A DNA stretch of 64,000 bases from a virus, in the IMG/VR virus record IMGVR_UViG_3300017971_000207, positions 81,434 to 145,433 of that record; one strand, written 5' to 3'. Shown here piece by piece: positions 28,156 through 37,740 of the stretch. Position numbers and translations under genes: made by a program. How positions within the stretch are numbered: the stretch's first letter is position 1; each line of letters begins with the position of its first letter. The notes beneath the pieces were generated by a model. That model was not told the origin of the DNA. It did no database searches and was given only the letters and a program-made list of their open reading frames with translations.

Positions 28156-28392
28156 TTACGCCACGCGAGCCTTGAGAGGGCAACGTTCGCCTGGGCACGG
28201 GGCGCCGCATCCGGGGCACCCCCCGGTGCCCTTAGCTGCGACACGGAGCTGCTCAGCCCATCCGGCGTCCTCCAGCGCCTCGTCGACGCTGGAATATGAC
28301 CAGTCGCAGACGTAGACACGCTCGAAGTGTTCTACAGCCTCGGCAGTCGAGGTGTCCGATAGAGTCTGACATAGTGTTTGCTTGGTGGTCAT
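28156..28392 (-). CDS. Small Cys-rich early protein
   Basis: RBS AGGAG; CPGC..C..C. Confidence 0.6.
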   Translation of the reverse strand: MTTKQTLCQTLSDTSTAEAVEHFERVYVCDWSYSSVDEALEDAGWAEQLRVAAKGTGGCPGCGAPCPGERCPLKARVA

Positions 28393-28418
28393 TACTGCTG
28401 CTCCTGATAGGGTTGCTC

Positions 28419-28467
28419 CTAACGGCTAAAGCCCCAGGCCCCATGATGAGGCTCTGAGGTTCAGCCG
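28419..28467 (-). other. Conserved bulged-A stem-loop leader element (copy 2)
   Basis: CGGCUGAA-CCUCAG-A-GCCUCA..UGGGGC-CUGGGGC-UUUAGCCGUUAG. Confidence 0.6.
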
Positions 28468-28480
28468 GCCAAGCAAGCTG

Positions 28481-28912
28481 CTAGCTCTTGAGCCGCCACA
28501 CAGGCTCGCTGCCATCAAAGCAGCGTTTCGGGACCGACTCGATCAGGCGGTCGTCTACCAGAGACGACCAGGCCATGTGCAAATCAACCCTATCGTAGCC
28601 GGAGGGGCTCATCCCCCAGAAGGTTCTTGGACCTTTGGCTAGAGCCGCCAGCATATGCTTGCGGATCCCAGCACGTTTGACCGCCACCTCTGCCGGGTCT
28701 TGGGGCGGGAACAGATCAGCAAAGCTGCAGCCGCTCCACTCAATGCGGCCGATACCGTCCGAGCTGACCGCGTAGCCGAGCCCCTCCTCGGGGTGAGCCC
28801 CTACCATCTTGTGGGCGTAGAGCCTCGCCCACTTCAACCCCTTGTACACCCTGCGCCCACGAGCGCCGTCCACGGCGCTGTAGGTGATTGTGATATTGCT
28901 CCTGGTCCCCAT
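28481..28912 (-). CDS. Hypothetical early protein
   Basis: RBS GGAGGGAG; YAVSSDGIG motif. Confidence 0.65.
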   Translation of the reverse strand: MGTRSNITITYSAVDGARGRRVYKGLKWARLYAHKMVGAHPEEGLGYAVSSDGIGRIEWSGCSFADLFPPQDPAEVAVKRAGIRKHMLAALAKGPRTFWGMSPSGYDRVDLHMAWSSLVDDRLIESVPKRCFDGSEPVWRLKS

Positions 28913-28941
28913 GTGCTCCCTCCGTTGCTGGCTGCTGTGTT

Positions 28942-29000
28942 GTGAGTAAAGGATACTCACCCCATCCTGCCTGTCAAGGGGTTGAGTAACTTTTTCTCAC
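28942..29000 (-). promoter_or_regulatory. Sigma70-type promoter with two operators
   Basis: TTGACA-16-TATCCT; GTGAG-N9-CTCAC over -10, GTGAG-N9-CTCAA upstream. Confidence 0.75.
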
Positions 29001-29105
29001 TTTTGCTCGGAGCCTTAGCTATCCTCGTGCTCCAGGATTGACGCGAGGACTCCCAGCAGGACGATCACAGCGAGCATTATTCCGACCTTGAGCATAGGAA
29101 CGGGC

Positions 29106-29690
29106 TTATTCACCTGGTGGGGAATCTTGTGGATTGAGGAGGCTGGGCGGGACCCAGAAGGGTCGGAGGTCCTTGCGGAGATAGAGGGGGTGGCCGGGGT
29201 GATGATCCTTAGTCAGAGTGAGGCAGCTCAGGTCTCCATACCCTGCTAACAGCTTGGCCACTCGGGGACCTTGGCCTCGAAGTGCCCCGTGTACGCCCCA
29301 GGCAGCAATCTGAAGGCCGTTTGCCTCGGTAACGGTCCGAGACCACCTGGCAAGCACCTCGTCGTTCTGAGGGCCCTCTGGGGCCGGAGAGGCATATAGC
29401 GCTTTCGGGTCGGAGGCGCGGAGGGCGAACAGGTTGCACACGTGGACGGCGTTAAAGCCCCAGCTATGGGCGTACTCAACGCACCGGCGCACGGTGGGGT
29501 CGAGCTGCCGCTCGTCGGCCGTGCTCGGGTTGAGCATCACCCACAGAATAGGCTGGTCTGCGGGACCCCACCAGCGGCTCAGGTGGTATCGATAGAGCTC
29601 ACAGTCCGAGAGGACCACCGAGCCGCGCGCGCTGTACCAAACACGGCCGCCAATCCTTACCGCCTCAAACTGATGCTGCCTCTCGATCAT
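29106..29690 (-). CDS. DUF1643 family protein
   Basis: YRY.L.R.W, MLNPSTAD, DPT.RRC, NLFA, AAWG, HPLY. Confidence 0.9.
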   Translation of the reverse strand: MIERQHQFEAVRIGGRVWYSARGSVVLSDCELYRYHLSRWWGPADQPILWVMLNPSTADERQLDPTVRRCVEYAHSWGFNAVHVCNLFALRASDPKALYASPAPEGPQNDEVLARWSRTVTEANGLQIAAWGVHGALRGQGPRVAKLLAGYGDLSCLTLTKDHHPGHPLYLRKDLRPFWVPPSLLNPQDSPPGE

Positions 29691-30199
29691 ACCCCTCCTC
29701 GGCGCGCTATAGCCCTGGAGAGATTTAGGGTAGGGGGTCCTTGACCTAGCACCCGCTTGGCCTTCTCGATGTGTGCATCCTGCAGCCCCTCCTCGGCGGA
29801 TGGTCGGATACGGTAACTCTCCAGCTCACACATGTGCTCGTTGTCATCCTCGATGACAAACGGGCAGGGCGGAAGGTTGGTGAGGTAAACCAAGAGCTCC
29901 TTCCCGCGCGGGTGACCACTAAGCCTCGGCGTTATCCCCACCACCCTACCCTCAAAGCCCCCTAGCTCTAAGATAGCCTGTAAGCGCTTGGGTGGGTTCG
30001 CGAGACGCCAGCTCGATATAACCACCACCACCGCCCCGGTCTCCCGTAGCAGCCGGTTAAGCCGCTGCACCGCCACCGGGTCTAGCATCTCGGCCCACCA
30101 CTCAAGGCTGTGCATCTCTAGCGTTTGGCTAAGCGTTGCCCCGTCGATGAACGTCCGGCTGTTAAGCACACCGTCAATGTCACAGAACACCAGCTTCAC
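29687..30199 (-). CDS. HAD phosphatase (Swiss-army-knife RNA repair-like), second copy
   Basis: FCDIDGVLN, ISSWR, VIEDD; GTG start 7 nt after TAGGGT -10. Confidence 0.85.
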   Translation of the reverse strand: MKLVFCDIDGVLNSRTFIDGATLSQTLEMHSLEWWAEMLDPVAVQRLNRLLRETGAVVVVISSWRLANPPKRLQAILELGGFEGRVVGITPRLSGHPRGKELLVYLTNLPPCPFVIEDDNEHMCELESYRIRPSAEEGLQDAHIEKAKRVLGQGPPTLNLSRAIARRGGV

Positions 30200-30240
30200 A
30201 GCCCCGACCCTAACAGGTGCGCCCGCAATTGTCAAAAAGG

Positions 30241-31278
30241 CTATGTGACCACAGCCTCGCGGAGGATGGTAGGGGCGCCCTCTGGGCCCTTCCAATACGG
30301 CTCGATCCAGGTCGGTCGCCGTTCCTGCCGACCCTTCCCACAAGCTTGGTTGCGCCAATGTCCTCGTACGACCCAGCGCACCTTGCAGGTCCGGCTGCTT
30401 TTGCCCGAGAGGTAGTCTCGGATGTGCTTGGTCATGTCGAGCTTGACCGGCATCCCGAAGATGTGGGTGTTGCTAGGCTGATTTCGTGCTTTGCGTCCTT
30501 TTCTGCCACGCTGCTTTACCTTGGGTCGCAGAAGACTTTGGCGGCTGGCAGGGTGCGTCACGGCATAGCAGAGGTTGAGGACCGCCCGACCTACAAGCTC
30601 CATCACGCGTGCTTGCTCCTCGGAGGCGTTGGAGCTGTCTGCAGGTGACAGGCGCCGAAAGACGGACTGCGCAGAGCCCATGAGCGCCATCGGCACGTGG
30701 TCTGTCATCACGGACATGTACCAGTGCCCCTCGATAAACGATACCAGCACACGGTTGATCGGCCTACCGCTTACACTCAGACAGGAGTCGTCGATGTGGA
30801 GAAGGAAAGCACGCCACGGCGGCACGAGGGCTTCGAGCTGCGCATTCGATAGGTCGCTAAGCGCAAGCGAGCCCACCTGCTTGTTGGAGGCATACACGGT
30901 CGGGCAGCTAATCCGCCACCACTCACGGGCCCAGGCGTACAGGCCCACCAGAGCCGCCTCTAGCAGGCTCTCGTCGTGATCATCCAGCTCCGCTGAGTGG
31001 CTTTCCTCGGTGACCGATATCAGCAACCGCACCAGTGCGATACATAGCAGCACATGAACGCCCGGCTGAGGAGCGATGCTGTACAGCGCCTGGAGCCGCT
31101 GCCCTATGCCGCGAAGCTCGCTATCCGATGGTGCTAACCAGCAGCGTAGAAGAAACCGAGCGATAGCCTCCGTCCCTTCGAAGCGTCGGAGAAGCTGTGC
31201 GGCGACCTGAAGATCTACCGTCTCTAGCCGCGCCTCGTAGCGCCTCATCCACTCGTGGTCTTTCGCTCGTTTGCTCAT
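30241..31278 (-). CDS. Hypothetical protein, RGHW-motif family
   Basis: VLNLCY, basic tract, VRGHWRNQACG..WIEPYWKG; paralog of 36410. Confidence 0.75.
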   Translation of the reverse strand: MSKRAKDHEWMRRYEARLETVDLQVAAQLLRRFEGTEAIARFLLRCWLAPSDSELRGIGQRLQALYSIAPQPGVHVLLCIALVRLLISVTEESHSAELDDHDESLLEAALVGLYAWAREWWRISCPTVYASNKQVGSLALSDLSNAQLEALVPPWRAFLLHIDDSCLSVSGRPINRVLVSFIEGHWYMSVMTDHVPMALMGSAQSVFRRLSPADSSNASEEQARVMELVGRAVLNLCYAVTHPASRQSLLRPKVKQRGRKGRKARNQPSNTHIFGMPVKLDMTKHIRDYLSGKSSRTCKVRWVVRGHWRNQACGKGRQERRPTWIEPYWKGPEGAPTILREAVVT

Positions 31279-31670
31279 CTCCGTCCTCCTACCACTAAGA
31301 CGGCGCAGCAACCCCACAATCTGACAACACTCGGTCAACAATTGTAGTGGTGTCTAGCTCCCCGTTCCTGGTCACACCAAAGGACCCTGCATCAGCTCGT
31401 CGTAGCTAAACTGCTTACCCAGAGCATCGTGGATGGTGACGGTTCCCTTGCTATCATCTAGCTCCCAGCAGCGGCCGCCGTAGTCCCAGGCTATCCGCGG
31501 AACCGAGACGCGGCCGTGCACGAAGTCGATACCCAGCTGAGTCGGCCGCCATCGGCCTGAGTTGCTAGGATCCTTTTTCCCCTTGGAGGGGTCCTTGTGC
31601 GTCTGCACCAGCTTCCAGTACGGAGGGTTGTCAAGGACGTAGTGTGAGGGTGGGTCAACAATTGTAGTCC

Positions 31671-31700
31671 GCTGTCCTCCGCTGTCCTCCGGTGTCCTCC
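31671..31700. repeat. 10-bp tandem repeat x3
   Basis: GCTGTCCTCC GCTGTCCTCC GGTGTCCTCC. Confidence 0.7.
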
Positions 31701-31775
31701 TCCTCGCTGCCCACGTTCCTGTGGGATAGTAGTGGAAGAAGGTAGGCGGCTGGCGGAGTGTGATAGAGTGGGGGC

Positions 31776-32588
31776 ATGAACCGGGAGATCAACGAGCGGC
31801 TGGATGATGTCCGAGCGCTGCTGGAAAGCTTTAAGCCTCCTGCTAACGTCGCTAAGGCGGCCGCACGCGGGCTGGAGTACCGGCGTAAGCAGACGGACAA
31901 GGCGGGGCTCACACCAGCTCAGGCGGCAAAGGCGGGCATAGGCAGCGGAGTACAGCGAGCGGTCAACCTCAAGAACCGGGATCGCATCAGCCTCAAGGTC
32001 ATCAAGCAGATGAACGCCTTCTTTGCTCGGCACGCCAAGAACGCAGCGGTGGATGCGAAGCATCGCGGGGAGCCCTGGAAGGATAAGGGCTATGTGGCGT
32101 GGCTGCTGTGGGGTGGGGACGCCGGGCGGTCATGGGCCCGAAAGGTGCTCAAGAAGCAGCTGAAGGAGGCGGACGAGGGGGGCCTGTCTGTCCGAGAGGT
32201 GGTGGAGCGCTGGAGGCGGGGAGAGCGTGCGGGCAACGGCGCGGTGCTCTGGTATCCGGCTCGGGAGCTTTGGCCATATCGCGAGCACACGTGGACGCGG
32301 GATACGGCTCGGCCGGGGCTGGCCTGGGTGGAGGGTCAGCAGCTGTGGCTTGACGGTGATGTGAAGTGGGATGCGCTGCGGGCCGACATGCAGGCTCGGG
32401 GCTGGGATGAGGATGAGCCGCTGCTGATGCGGGTTGGGAGGAACGGCGTAGCGCTGCTAGGGGAGGGGAACCACAGGCTCGCTATTGCCCGAGAGCTTGA
32501 CCTCATGGTGCCGGTGGAGCTGCAGTTTGAGCAGCGGGTGGTCAACGAGCGGGAGGTTATGGTTCGAGAGCTTGGGGGCCGCGGCTAG
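31776..32588 (+). CDS. Leader-bearing fusion of a phage head-associated-type domain and a ParB/Srx-like domain
   Basis: MNREINERLDDVRALLE; ARGLE..FFARH..AWLLWGG; EGNHRLAIA. Confidence 0.75.
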   Translation: MNREINERLDDVRALLESFKPPANVAKAAARGLEYRRKQTDKAGLTPAQAAKAGIGSGVQRAVNLKNRDRISLKVIKQMNAFFARHAKNAAVDAKHRGEPWKDKGYVAWLLWGGDAGRSWARKVLKKQLKEADEGGLSVREVVERWRRGERAGNGAVLWYPARELWPYREHTWTRDTARPGLAWVEGQQLWLDGDVKWDALRADMQARGWDEDEPLLMRVGRNGVALLGEGNHRLAIARELDLMVPVELQFEQRVVNEREVMVRELGGRG

Positions 32589-33346
32589 AGCTCGTCGTCG
32601 TCCGGATATAGCCGTTGCAGCTCTGACCACTCGTCGGAGACCACGCGGGCTACGGCTTTAAGGACCAGGCGATTGTTGGCGGAGGTGAGGTCGCGTCTGA
32701 TGCGCTCCCATGTTGCCGAGCTGTCGAGAGCGGATTGGATCATGTCTGAGCTTGGGGGTCCTACAAAGAGCCAGCCTCCATCATCCTGTCCGAGATGGTG
32801 GAGGTATGCGAGGGCCTCATCTGATATCTGCTGCATGAAGGCTCGGACCTCTGAGGGGCGGTTGTGGTAGTCGAGGCCCTTCTCGGGCTTAAGCAGATCA
32901 CGAAGGTGCGTTACCTCATGCACCAGCACGGAGTAAAGCTCATCCTCCACCTCGCTCATGTTGGCCAGGAGCTCCGATGGGCTTCGTTGGCTATTTAGCC
33001 CGATAAACAGCAGGTGCTTTACCCCGTAGGAGGTTGGGGTGTCGTGTGTGCTGAGCACGTTGCCTCCGGTTACGTAGCGCCGGGGGCTCCGCCACGTGCG
33101 CGGCTCCTCAACGCGTAGCGTCACGTCGACCTTGACAGGAGCACCTCGGACGTCCGTGGTCTCGTAGGCTCCCAACGACCAGCTACGCCGCCGCAACGGC
33201 CGCTCTGAGGGCTTCAGCTTCCTCCTCAGAAGGCTGATGGCCTCCTTGGCTAGCTGCCTTGCCTGCCTCTTATCAATGGGGATAGGTCGGCCCTCCCCCA
33301 GCTCTAGGCGTATCCTGGAGAGGATACTGTTGATGCTTTCTCTCAT
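32585..33346 (-). CDS. Leader-bearing putative zincin metallopeptidase
   Basis: MRESINSILSRIRLELGE; LVHEVTH..EVRA. Confidence 0.7.
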   Translation of the reverse strand: MRESINSILSRIRLELGEGRPIPIDKRQARQLAKEAISLLRRKLKPSERPLRRRSWSLGAYETTDVRGAPVKVDVTLRVEEPRTWRSPRRYVTGGNVLSTHDTPTSYGVKHLLFIGLNSQRSPSELLANMSEVEDELYSVLVHEVTHLRDLLKPEKGLDYHNRPSEVRAFMQQISDEALAYLHHLGQDDGGWLFVGPPSSDMIQSALDSSATWERIRRDLTSANNRLVLKAVARVVSDEWSELQRLYPDDDEL

Positions 33347-33347
33347 G

Positions 33348-33899
33348 CTAAACAGCCTCCAAAGGGGTTGGGCTGAAGTGCTCCCGACACCGTGCTGTGT
33401 AGTGCTTGGTGCTCCCAATAAGCACCTCCTCAGTGCTGGCCGTCAGGCGCTGAGAGCGTGTGGCGTCTGCTCCGCAGACAGTGCAGACCGCATATAGCTG
33501 GATGATGTGATCGGCGACCGCCATAAGCGACGGCATCGGCTCCCAAGGCTCCCCTCGCCAGTTCAACGATAGCCCCGCAACCACCACCCGGATGCCCCGG
33601 TCCGAGATAGCCAGGACGTTGGCCGACAGCCCCTTGTCGAACAGCTGCCCCTCGTCAATCAAGACCAGCTGCGTCTCAGGCAGGAGATGCTCCTTGATGG
33701 CCGCAGAGTAGGGAACGGTCGTGGCATCCAGCTCGCGCCCCCCGTGGGTACGGATGACGGTTGATCGTGTGTCCTTGGCCGGCTTGAACGCCTGGAAGGG
33801 CTGTCGGGCGTATGTGGCGCGCTCAGCGCAGCTGATAAGCTCGTCCGTCTTGCTCGCAAACATCGGGCCCGCGATAACCTCTATTCGTCCTTTGGTCAT
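33348..33899 (-). CDS. tdk: Thymidine kinase
   Basis: GPMFASKT, FKP..DTR, IDEGQ, AVCTVCG, Y.ARCR. Confidence 0.95.
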   Translation of the reverse strand: MTKGRIEVIAGPMFASKTDELISCAERATYARQPFQAFKPAKDTRSTVIRTHGGRELDATTVPYSAAIKEHLLPETQLVLIDEGQLFDKGLSANVLAISDRGIRVVVAGLSLNWRGEPWEPMPSLMAVADHIIQLYAVCTVCGADATRSQRLTASTEEVLIGSTKHYTARCREHFSPTPLEAV

Positions 33900-33964
33900 C
33901 CGAGGAGGATATCAGGAAGGAGGTCTAGGGGGTACATGCGGAAGCGGTAGCGACCGCGTGGTCG

Positions 33965-35026
33965 CTACCGCTTGTACCCCCGCAGCAGTGCTTTCTCTAG
34001 AGCTTGTAAGCTCAAGGTCGGATGGCCTCCTCCCAGCATCGCCCATATGTCATTGTAGCTGCTTCGCAGCCAGCTACGAAGCTGCTCCGCGGTCCACCCG
34101 TCACGCTTGGCCTGCCGTCCAGTGGTGATAGCTGCGCTCTCCATTCGCATTGCGGGTGGGTCCCCTTGGAATAGATCGAAGGCGCGAGCCGCATGTGATG
34201 CCAGCTGCTGCGCCTTTATTGGATCAATAGGTTTTTCCTTTACCGCGCTCTTTCCGCTAAGCCACGCTTCAAAGGCGTCGAAGAGCTCCGGAGCCGTGCG
34301 CTCCATATGCTTGGGCGCCAAAGCCCACCAGGCTGCGGCCTCCATGGTGCCCTCTAGATCTCCTGCTAGACCATGATAGACCGACACCCCCTTACCCCAA
34401 GCCTTGAGGGCTTTGGTTGCAAGAGCCCCAGCTGCAGGGTCCTTGGCGTATACCGCGTGGGCGGCCTCATGTGCTGCTGTCTTCGACCCGTGATGAACCT
34501 TGGTTCCCCCAACCTCTGTTGTGTTGTCTAGGTGGGCGTTAACCACTCGGGCGCGCCCCGCCAAGCTGTCCCCCTCAACATCCCCGTGAGGCTTCACGAA
34601 GAACTCGATCTTAATGGTCGGTAGAACCCTCTTAGCCGCCCGCGTCGCCTTTGCGAGGTTGGCCTTCCCCCCATCCGAAGGTTTCCAAGGACGCTCCTTC
34701 GCGGGAGGAGGCGACATCTTAACTATCCGATCAACCTCTTTAACCCATCGCTCCAGCTCCTTAAGCTTCCCTACAATCACCCCCACGCTGCCGTCGCGGC
34801 CGTGATATACGAGCCAGCCGTCCTTTAGCTCGTAGCGAGCGATAGCCATGGGAAAGGTGTCGTCCGTGTCTGGTGGTTCGGCCCACACCTTTCCTATTCC
34901 GGGAACCGCTACCATGGCGACCTTTCCCCCCACACTGCGTCGAGCCTGCTTCCGTAGATTCGGCGCGGCTGCGGCCTCCCCTAGGATCATTCTACACCGC
35001 TCGATCTTCTCAGCTAATGTCCGCAT
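33965..35026 (-). CDS. Leader-bearing putative zincin-motif protein
   Basis: MRTLAEKIERCRMILGEA; AHEAAH. Confidence 0.7.
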   Translation of the reverse strand: MRTLAEKIERCRMILGEAAAAPNLRKQARRSVGGKVAMVAVPGIGKVWAEPPDTDDTFPMAIARYELKDGWLVYHGRDGSVGVIVGKLKELERWVKEVDRIVKMSPPPAKERPWKPSDGGKANLAKATRAAKRVLPTIKIEFFVKPHGDVEGDSLAGRARVVNAHLDNTTEVGGTKVHHGSKTAAHEAAHAVYAKDPAAGALATKALKAWGKGVSVYHGLAGDLEGTMEAAAWWALAPKHMERTAPELFDAFEAWLSGKSAVKEKPIDPIKAQQLASHAARAFDLFQGDPPAMRMESAAITTGRQAKRDGWTAEQLRSWLRSSYNDIWAMLGGGHPTLSLQALEKALLRGYKR

Positions 35027-35031
35027 GCCCC

Positions 35032-35760
35032 CTAACCTACCACAAGCTCCTGCCACCGCGCCTCAAGCATCTGAGCGTACAAGGTCGCAGGTAGCCCATA
35101 CGGGCCAAACGCAAACCCATCGTTCACCTCGATCAAGAGGGTCTGACCGCCCGTGGTAACCCCCATGTCGAGCGTGTAGGCTGCAGGGGCGTCATGGTAG
35201 GCTTGGACGGCCTCCAGGACGACGTTTCGATCAAGAGGGCGCGACCAGTCCCCCTTGTAGTGCCGGGCCGCGAGGATGTCTCCTCGGAGCACACAGCACC
35301 GGTACTCGGCTTGGAAGGGAAGGGGTGGTGAGACCCAGCACAGCTCGTCATCGTCGTAAGGGCCAAGCCGCACCTGGTCCTCGAAGGTGCCCGAGGTAAC
35401 AAAGCCCGTGAACAGCTTCTGCTTATGTGGCTTGATGAACAGGCGACGGTGCGTGATGGTGCGGACCTCGGATAGGGGGAGGGTCTCGATCGAGCGTCCG
35501 AGGAAGGCTTTCAGGGATGGGGGATAGTCGAGGCTCGGGGGCCGGGGGATGTGCAGGTGGTCGAGGGCCTCCCACACATCCCCGACGAAGCCCGCCAGGC
35601 CCGTGTCGTGGCCCAGGTCCGAGAGTGAGCGGATGTCCCCAAAGCCGTAGAAGGGGACGGTCTCCGTGCCGCGGGCCCGGAAGCCCAAGGCTGCGATCGC
35701 ATGAGGCGCGCTGTCGGGTAGGTCCTCGCGATAGCGTATGTAGCAGCGGCGAAGGGTCAT
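35032..35760 (-). CDS. ATP-grasp domain protein (DUF4343/R2K-like)
   Basis: DYP..L, FIKP..KLFTG, EYR, YTLD.G, LIEVNDG. Confidence 0.85.
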   Translation of the reverse strand: MTLRRCYIRYREDLPDSAPHAIAALGFRARGTETVPFYGFGDIRSLSDLGHDTGLAGFVGDVWEALDHLHIPRPPSLDYPPSLKAFLGRSIETLPLSEVRTITHRRLFIKPHKQKLFTGFVTSGTFEDQVRLGPYDDDELCWVSPPLPFQAEYRCCVLRGDILAARHYKGDWSRPLDRNVVLEAVQAYHDAPAAYTLDMGVTTGGQTLLIEVNDGFAFGPYGLPATLYAQMLEARWQELVVG

Positions 35761-35770
35761 GGCTCGGCCA

Positions 35771-36091
35771 TCACACCAGGTCGAGGAGGAGCGACACCAC
35801 GAGGGCGACGGCGAGGCCGAGGGGGACCGCTGTCAGCAGGATTAGGATGGAGCCGTGCAGGCTCTTACCCCTCCGGCGGCAATAGGCTAGGTGTGCTGTG
35901 GTCGAGAGGAGGCCCCCAAGGGCCGCCGGCGCTGCCCGCCAAGGGCTTGTGACGCCTCCGGTCCACAGCACGAAGGTCACACCGATGAGCACGAAGGCTG
36001 CAACGGAGGCAGTGGGGTGCCACCAAGGCTTCCACCATCTCGGGCCGTCATCGGGCACTGCAGTAGGGGTCCGATAGGGAGCGGTGGTCAT
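35771..36091 (-). CDS. Small membrane protein
   Basis: Three hydrophobic segments. Confidence 0.6.
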   Translation of the reverse strand: MTTAPYRTPTAVPDDGPRWWKPWWHPTASVAAFVLIGVTFVLWTGGVTSPWRAAPAALGGLLSTTAHLAYCRRRGKSLHGSILILLTAVPLGLAVALVVSLLLDLV

Positions 36092-36402
36092 TCGCTCCCC
36101 TTGTCGCCCTTCACTGGGGCGCACCACACGATCTCGTCCAGCTCAAGGTCCAGACCTCCCTCGAACACGATCGGGTCCGAGAGCACCTTGACCTTGCTGC
36201 CACTCAGATTCGTGACCTTGCTTAGCCTCACCCAGTCACCCTTGAGCTCCACCCCCTTGAATCTCACCACCAGGCCGCCGCGCGCCGCTAGCAGATAGTG
36301 CTGGGCCTCTGATCGATGGTAGTGAGGCTCTAGGGCCTCCTGCAAGCACGGCGGCAGCTCCCTCAGCCGTCGCTGCTCCTCATGTAGGTCCTGTCGTCTC
36401 AT
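36088..36402 (-). CDS. Hypothetical protein
   Basis: RBS GAGG; ATGA overlap. Confidence 0.6.
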   Translation of the reverse strand: MRRQDLHEEQRRLRELPPCLQEALEPHYHRSEAQHYLLAARGGLVVRFKGVELKGDWVRLSKVTNLSGSKVKVLSDPIVFEGGLDLELDEIVWCAPVKGDKGSE

Positions 36403-36409
36403 CTGTCCT

Positions 36410-37609
36410 CTATGTCTTGATCGTCATCTCGCGGAGAATCGTGGGCCCTCCGTCACGGTTGACCCATGTGGGCTTGCGCCATATCCGCTTGCGCAGCGAG
36501 CTTCTCGGCCCGTACGGCTGATTGTTCCAATGACCTCGACGGATGTGCTGAGCCTTGTGGATATGGGTCGACTCGCCGCGCAGGTACTGAATGACCTTCG
36601 TCGACAGGTCTACCTCAATCGGAAGGCGCAGCTCAAAGCTCTGTGAGCCGCTCAGCGGCCTCCCCTTTCGCTTGCGCCTCTTGCCTTTGCTGCTTGTCCT
36701 CCTCGCCTGTCCTTTGATCACGAGGTTTGGTCTGAGGGATGAGTCGCCTAGCATGTAGCAGAGGTTGAGCACCACCCGGCCCTGGATCTCTGCTGCCCGA
36801 AAGATCTCCTGGGTGTCACACTCCACATCTACATGTGCTCCGCCAGGCGTACGGTACAGCTCCTCCAAGGGCTGGTCGCGATAGCTGCTTGACGTTTGAT
36901 CCCTGTCCACGATAAGCGACCACCGATCTCTGTCCACAAGGATATATAACCTCTCCCAGATGCTGTTGAGCAGTGGAGGGCTGATAGCAATACAGAAGGC
37001 GCTCCAAGGGGCTCGTATCGACCGTAGCTGCGCCGCCCGGAGATCGGTAAGGGCTAGGGCCGCTGCCTGTGTCGCTGTTAGATGGATGGTTGGGCATGTC
37101 TGCCCCCACCAGCTAGCCGCCCACACCATACGCATATCGTTGTATATCGTGGCGACCTGGTTAGACCGACGGCTAAGGCGGGGATCTGGACCACTCAGCG
37201 ATCGCTCGAAAGCTGTCTGCGCTTGGAGCGTATGCAGCTGCTCAAGCTTCAGCAGGTCCTTGTCCGACAGAGCTAGCAGCGCCTGGTTCGCTTTACCAAC
37301 CTGACGGAGATCCGCTAGGCCAAACACATCGCTCCCCCCAGCAGCAAGATCTTTGGCCCACCTACCCATCAGTGCGTACAACGGACGATAGGCTGCGATG
37401 ACCTCGGCTTTCCGCTCGCGCCAGGTGCGGGAGGCCCACCCCCTCGCTGCCTCCCGATCCGCTAGAAGCTTGTCGCAGAACGCCGGGTGCCGCACGTAAA
37501 GCGCTCGCGTGTAATCCCAGTACGCTAGCTCACCCCCAGTGTGGCTACCCCGACCCTCCCCAGCTACATCTAGCCCCGTGCAGTATCGTGCCCAATCCTC
37601 AGCACTCAT
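36410..37609 (-). CDS. Hypothetical protein, RGHW-motif family
   Basis: VLNLCY, basic tract, RRGHWNNQPYG..W; paralog of 30241. Confidence 0.75.
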   Translation of the reverse strand: MSAEDWARYCTGLDVAGEGRGSHTGGELAYWDYTRALYVRHPAFCDKLLADREAARGWASRTWRERKAEVIAAYRPLYALMGRWAKDLAAGGSDVFGLADLRQVGKANQALLALSDKDLLKLEQLHTLQAQTAFERSLSGPDPRLSRRSNQVATIYNDMRMVWAASWWGQTCPTIHLTATQAAALALTDLRAAQLRSIRAPWSAFCIAISPPLLNSIWERLYILVDRDRWSLIVDRDQTSSSYRDQPLEELYRTPGGAHVDVECDTQEIFRAAEIQGRVVLNLCYMLGDSSLRPNLVIKGQARRTSSKGKRRKRKGRPLSGSQSFELRLPIEVDLSTKVIQYLRGESTHIHKAQHIRRGHWNNQPYGPRSSLRKRIWRKPTWVNRDGGPTILREMTIKT

Positions 37610-37740
37610 ACGGCTACCCTATCTTATCCATCAACACGGTGCAAGGGGTGGGTCAACAATTGTAGTCTGACCTGCCCTGCGCGTTTGGGGGTGCAGGCCC
37701 GTACTCCCTAGAACCAGGTAGCTCGAAGCGGAGAAGTTGC

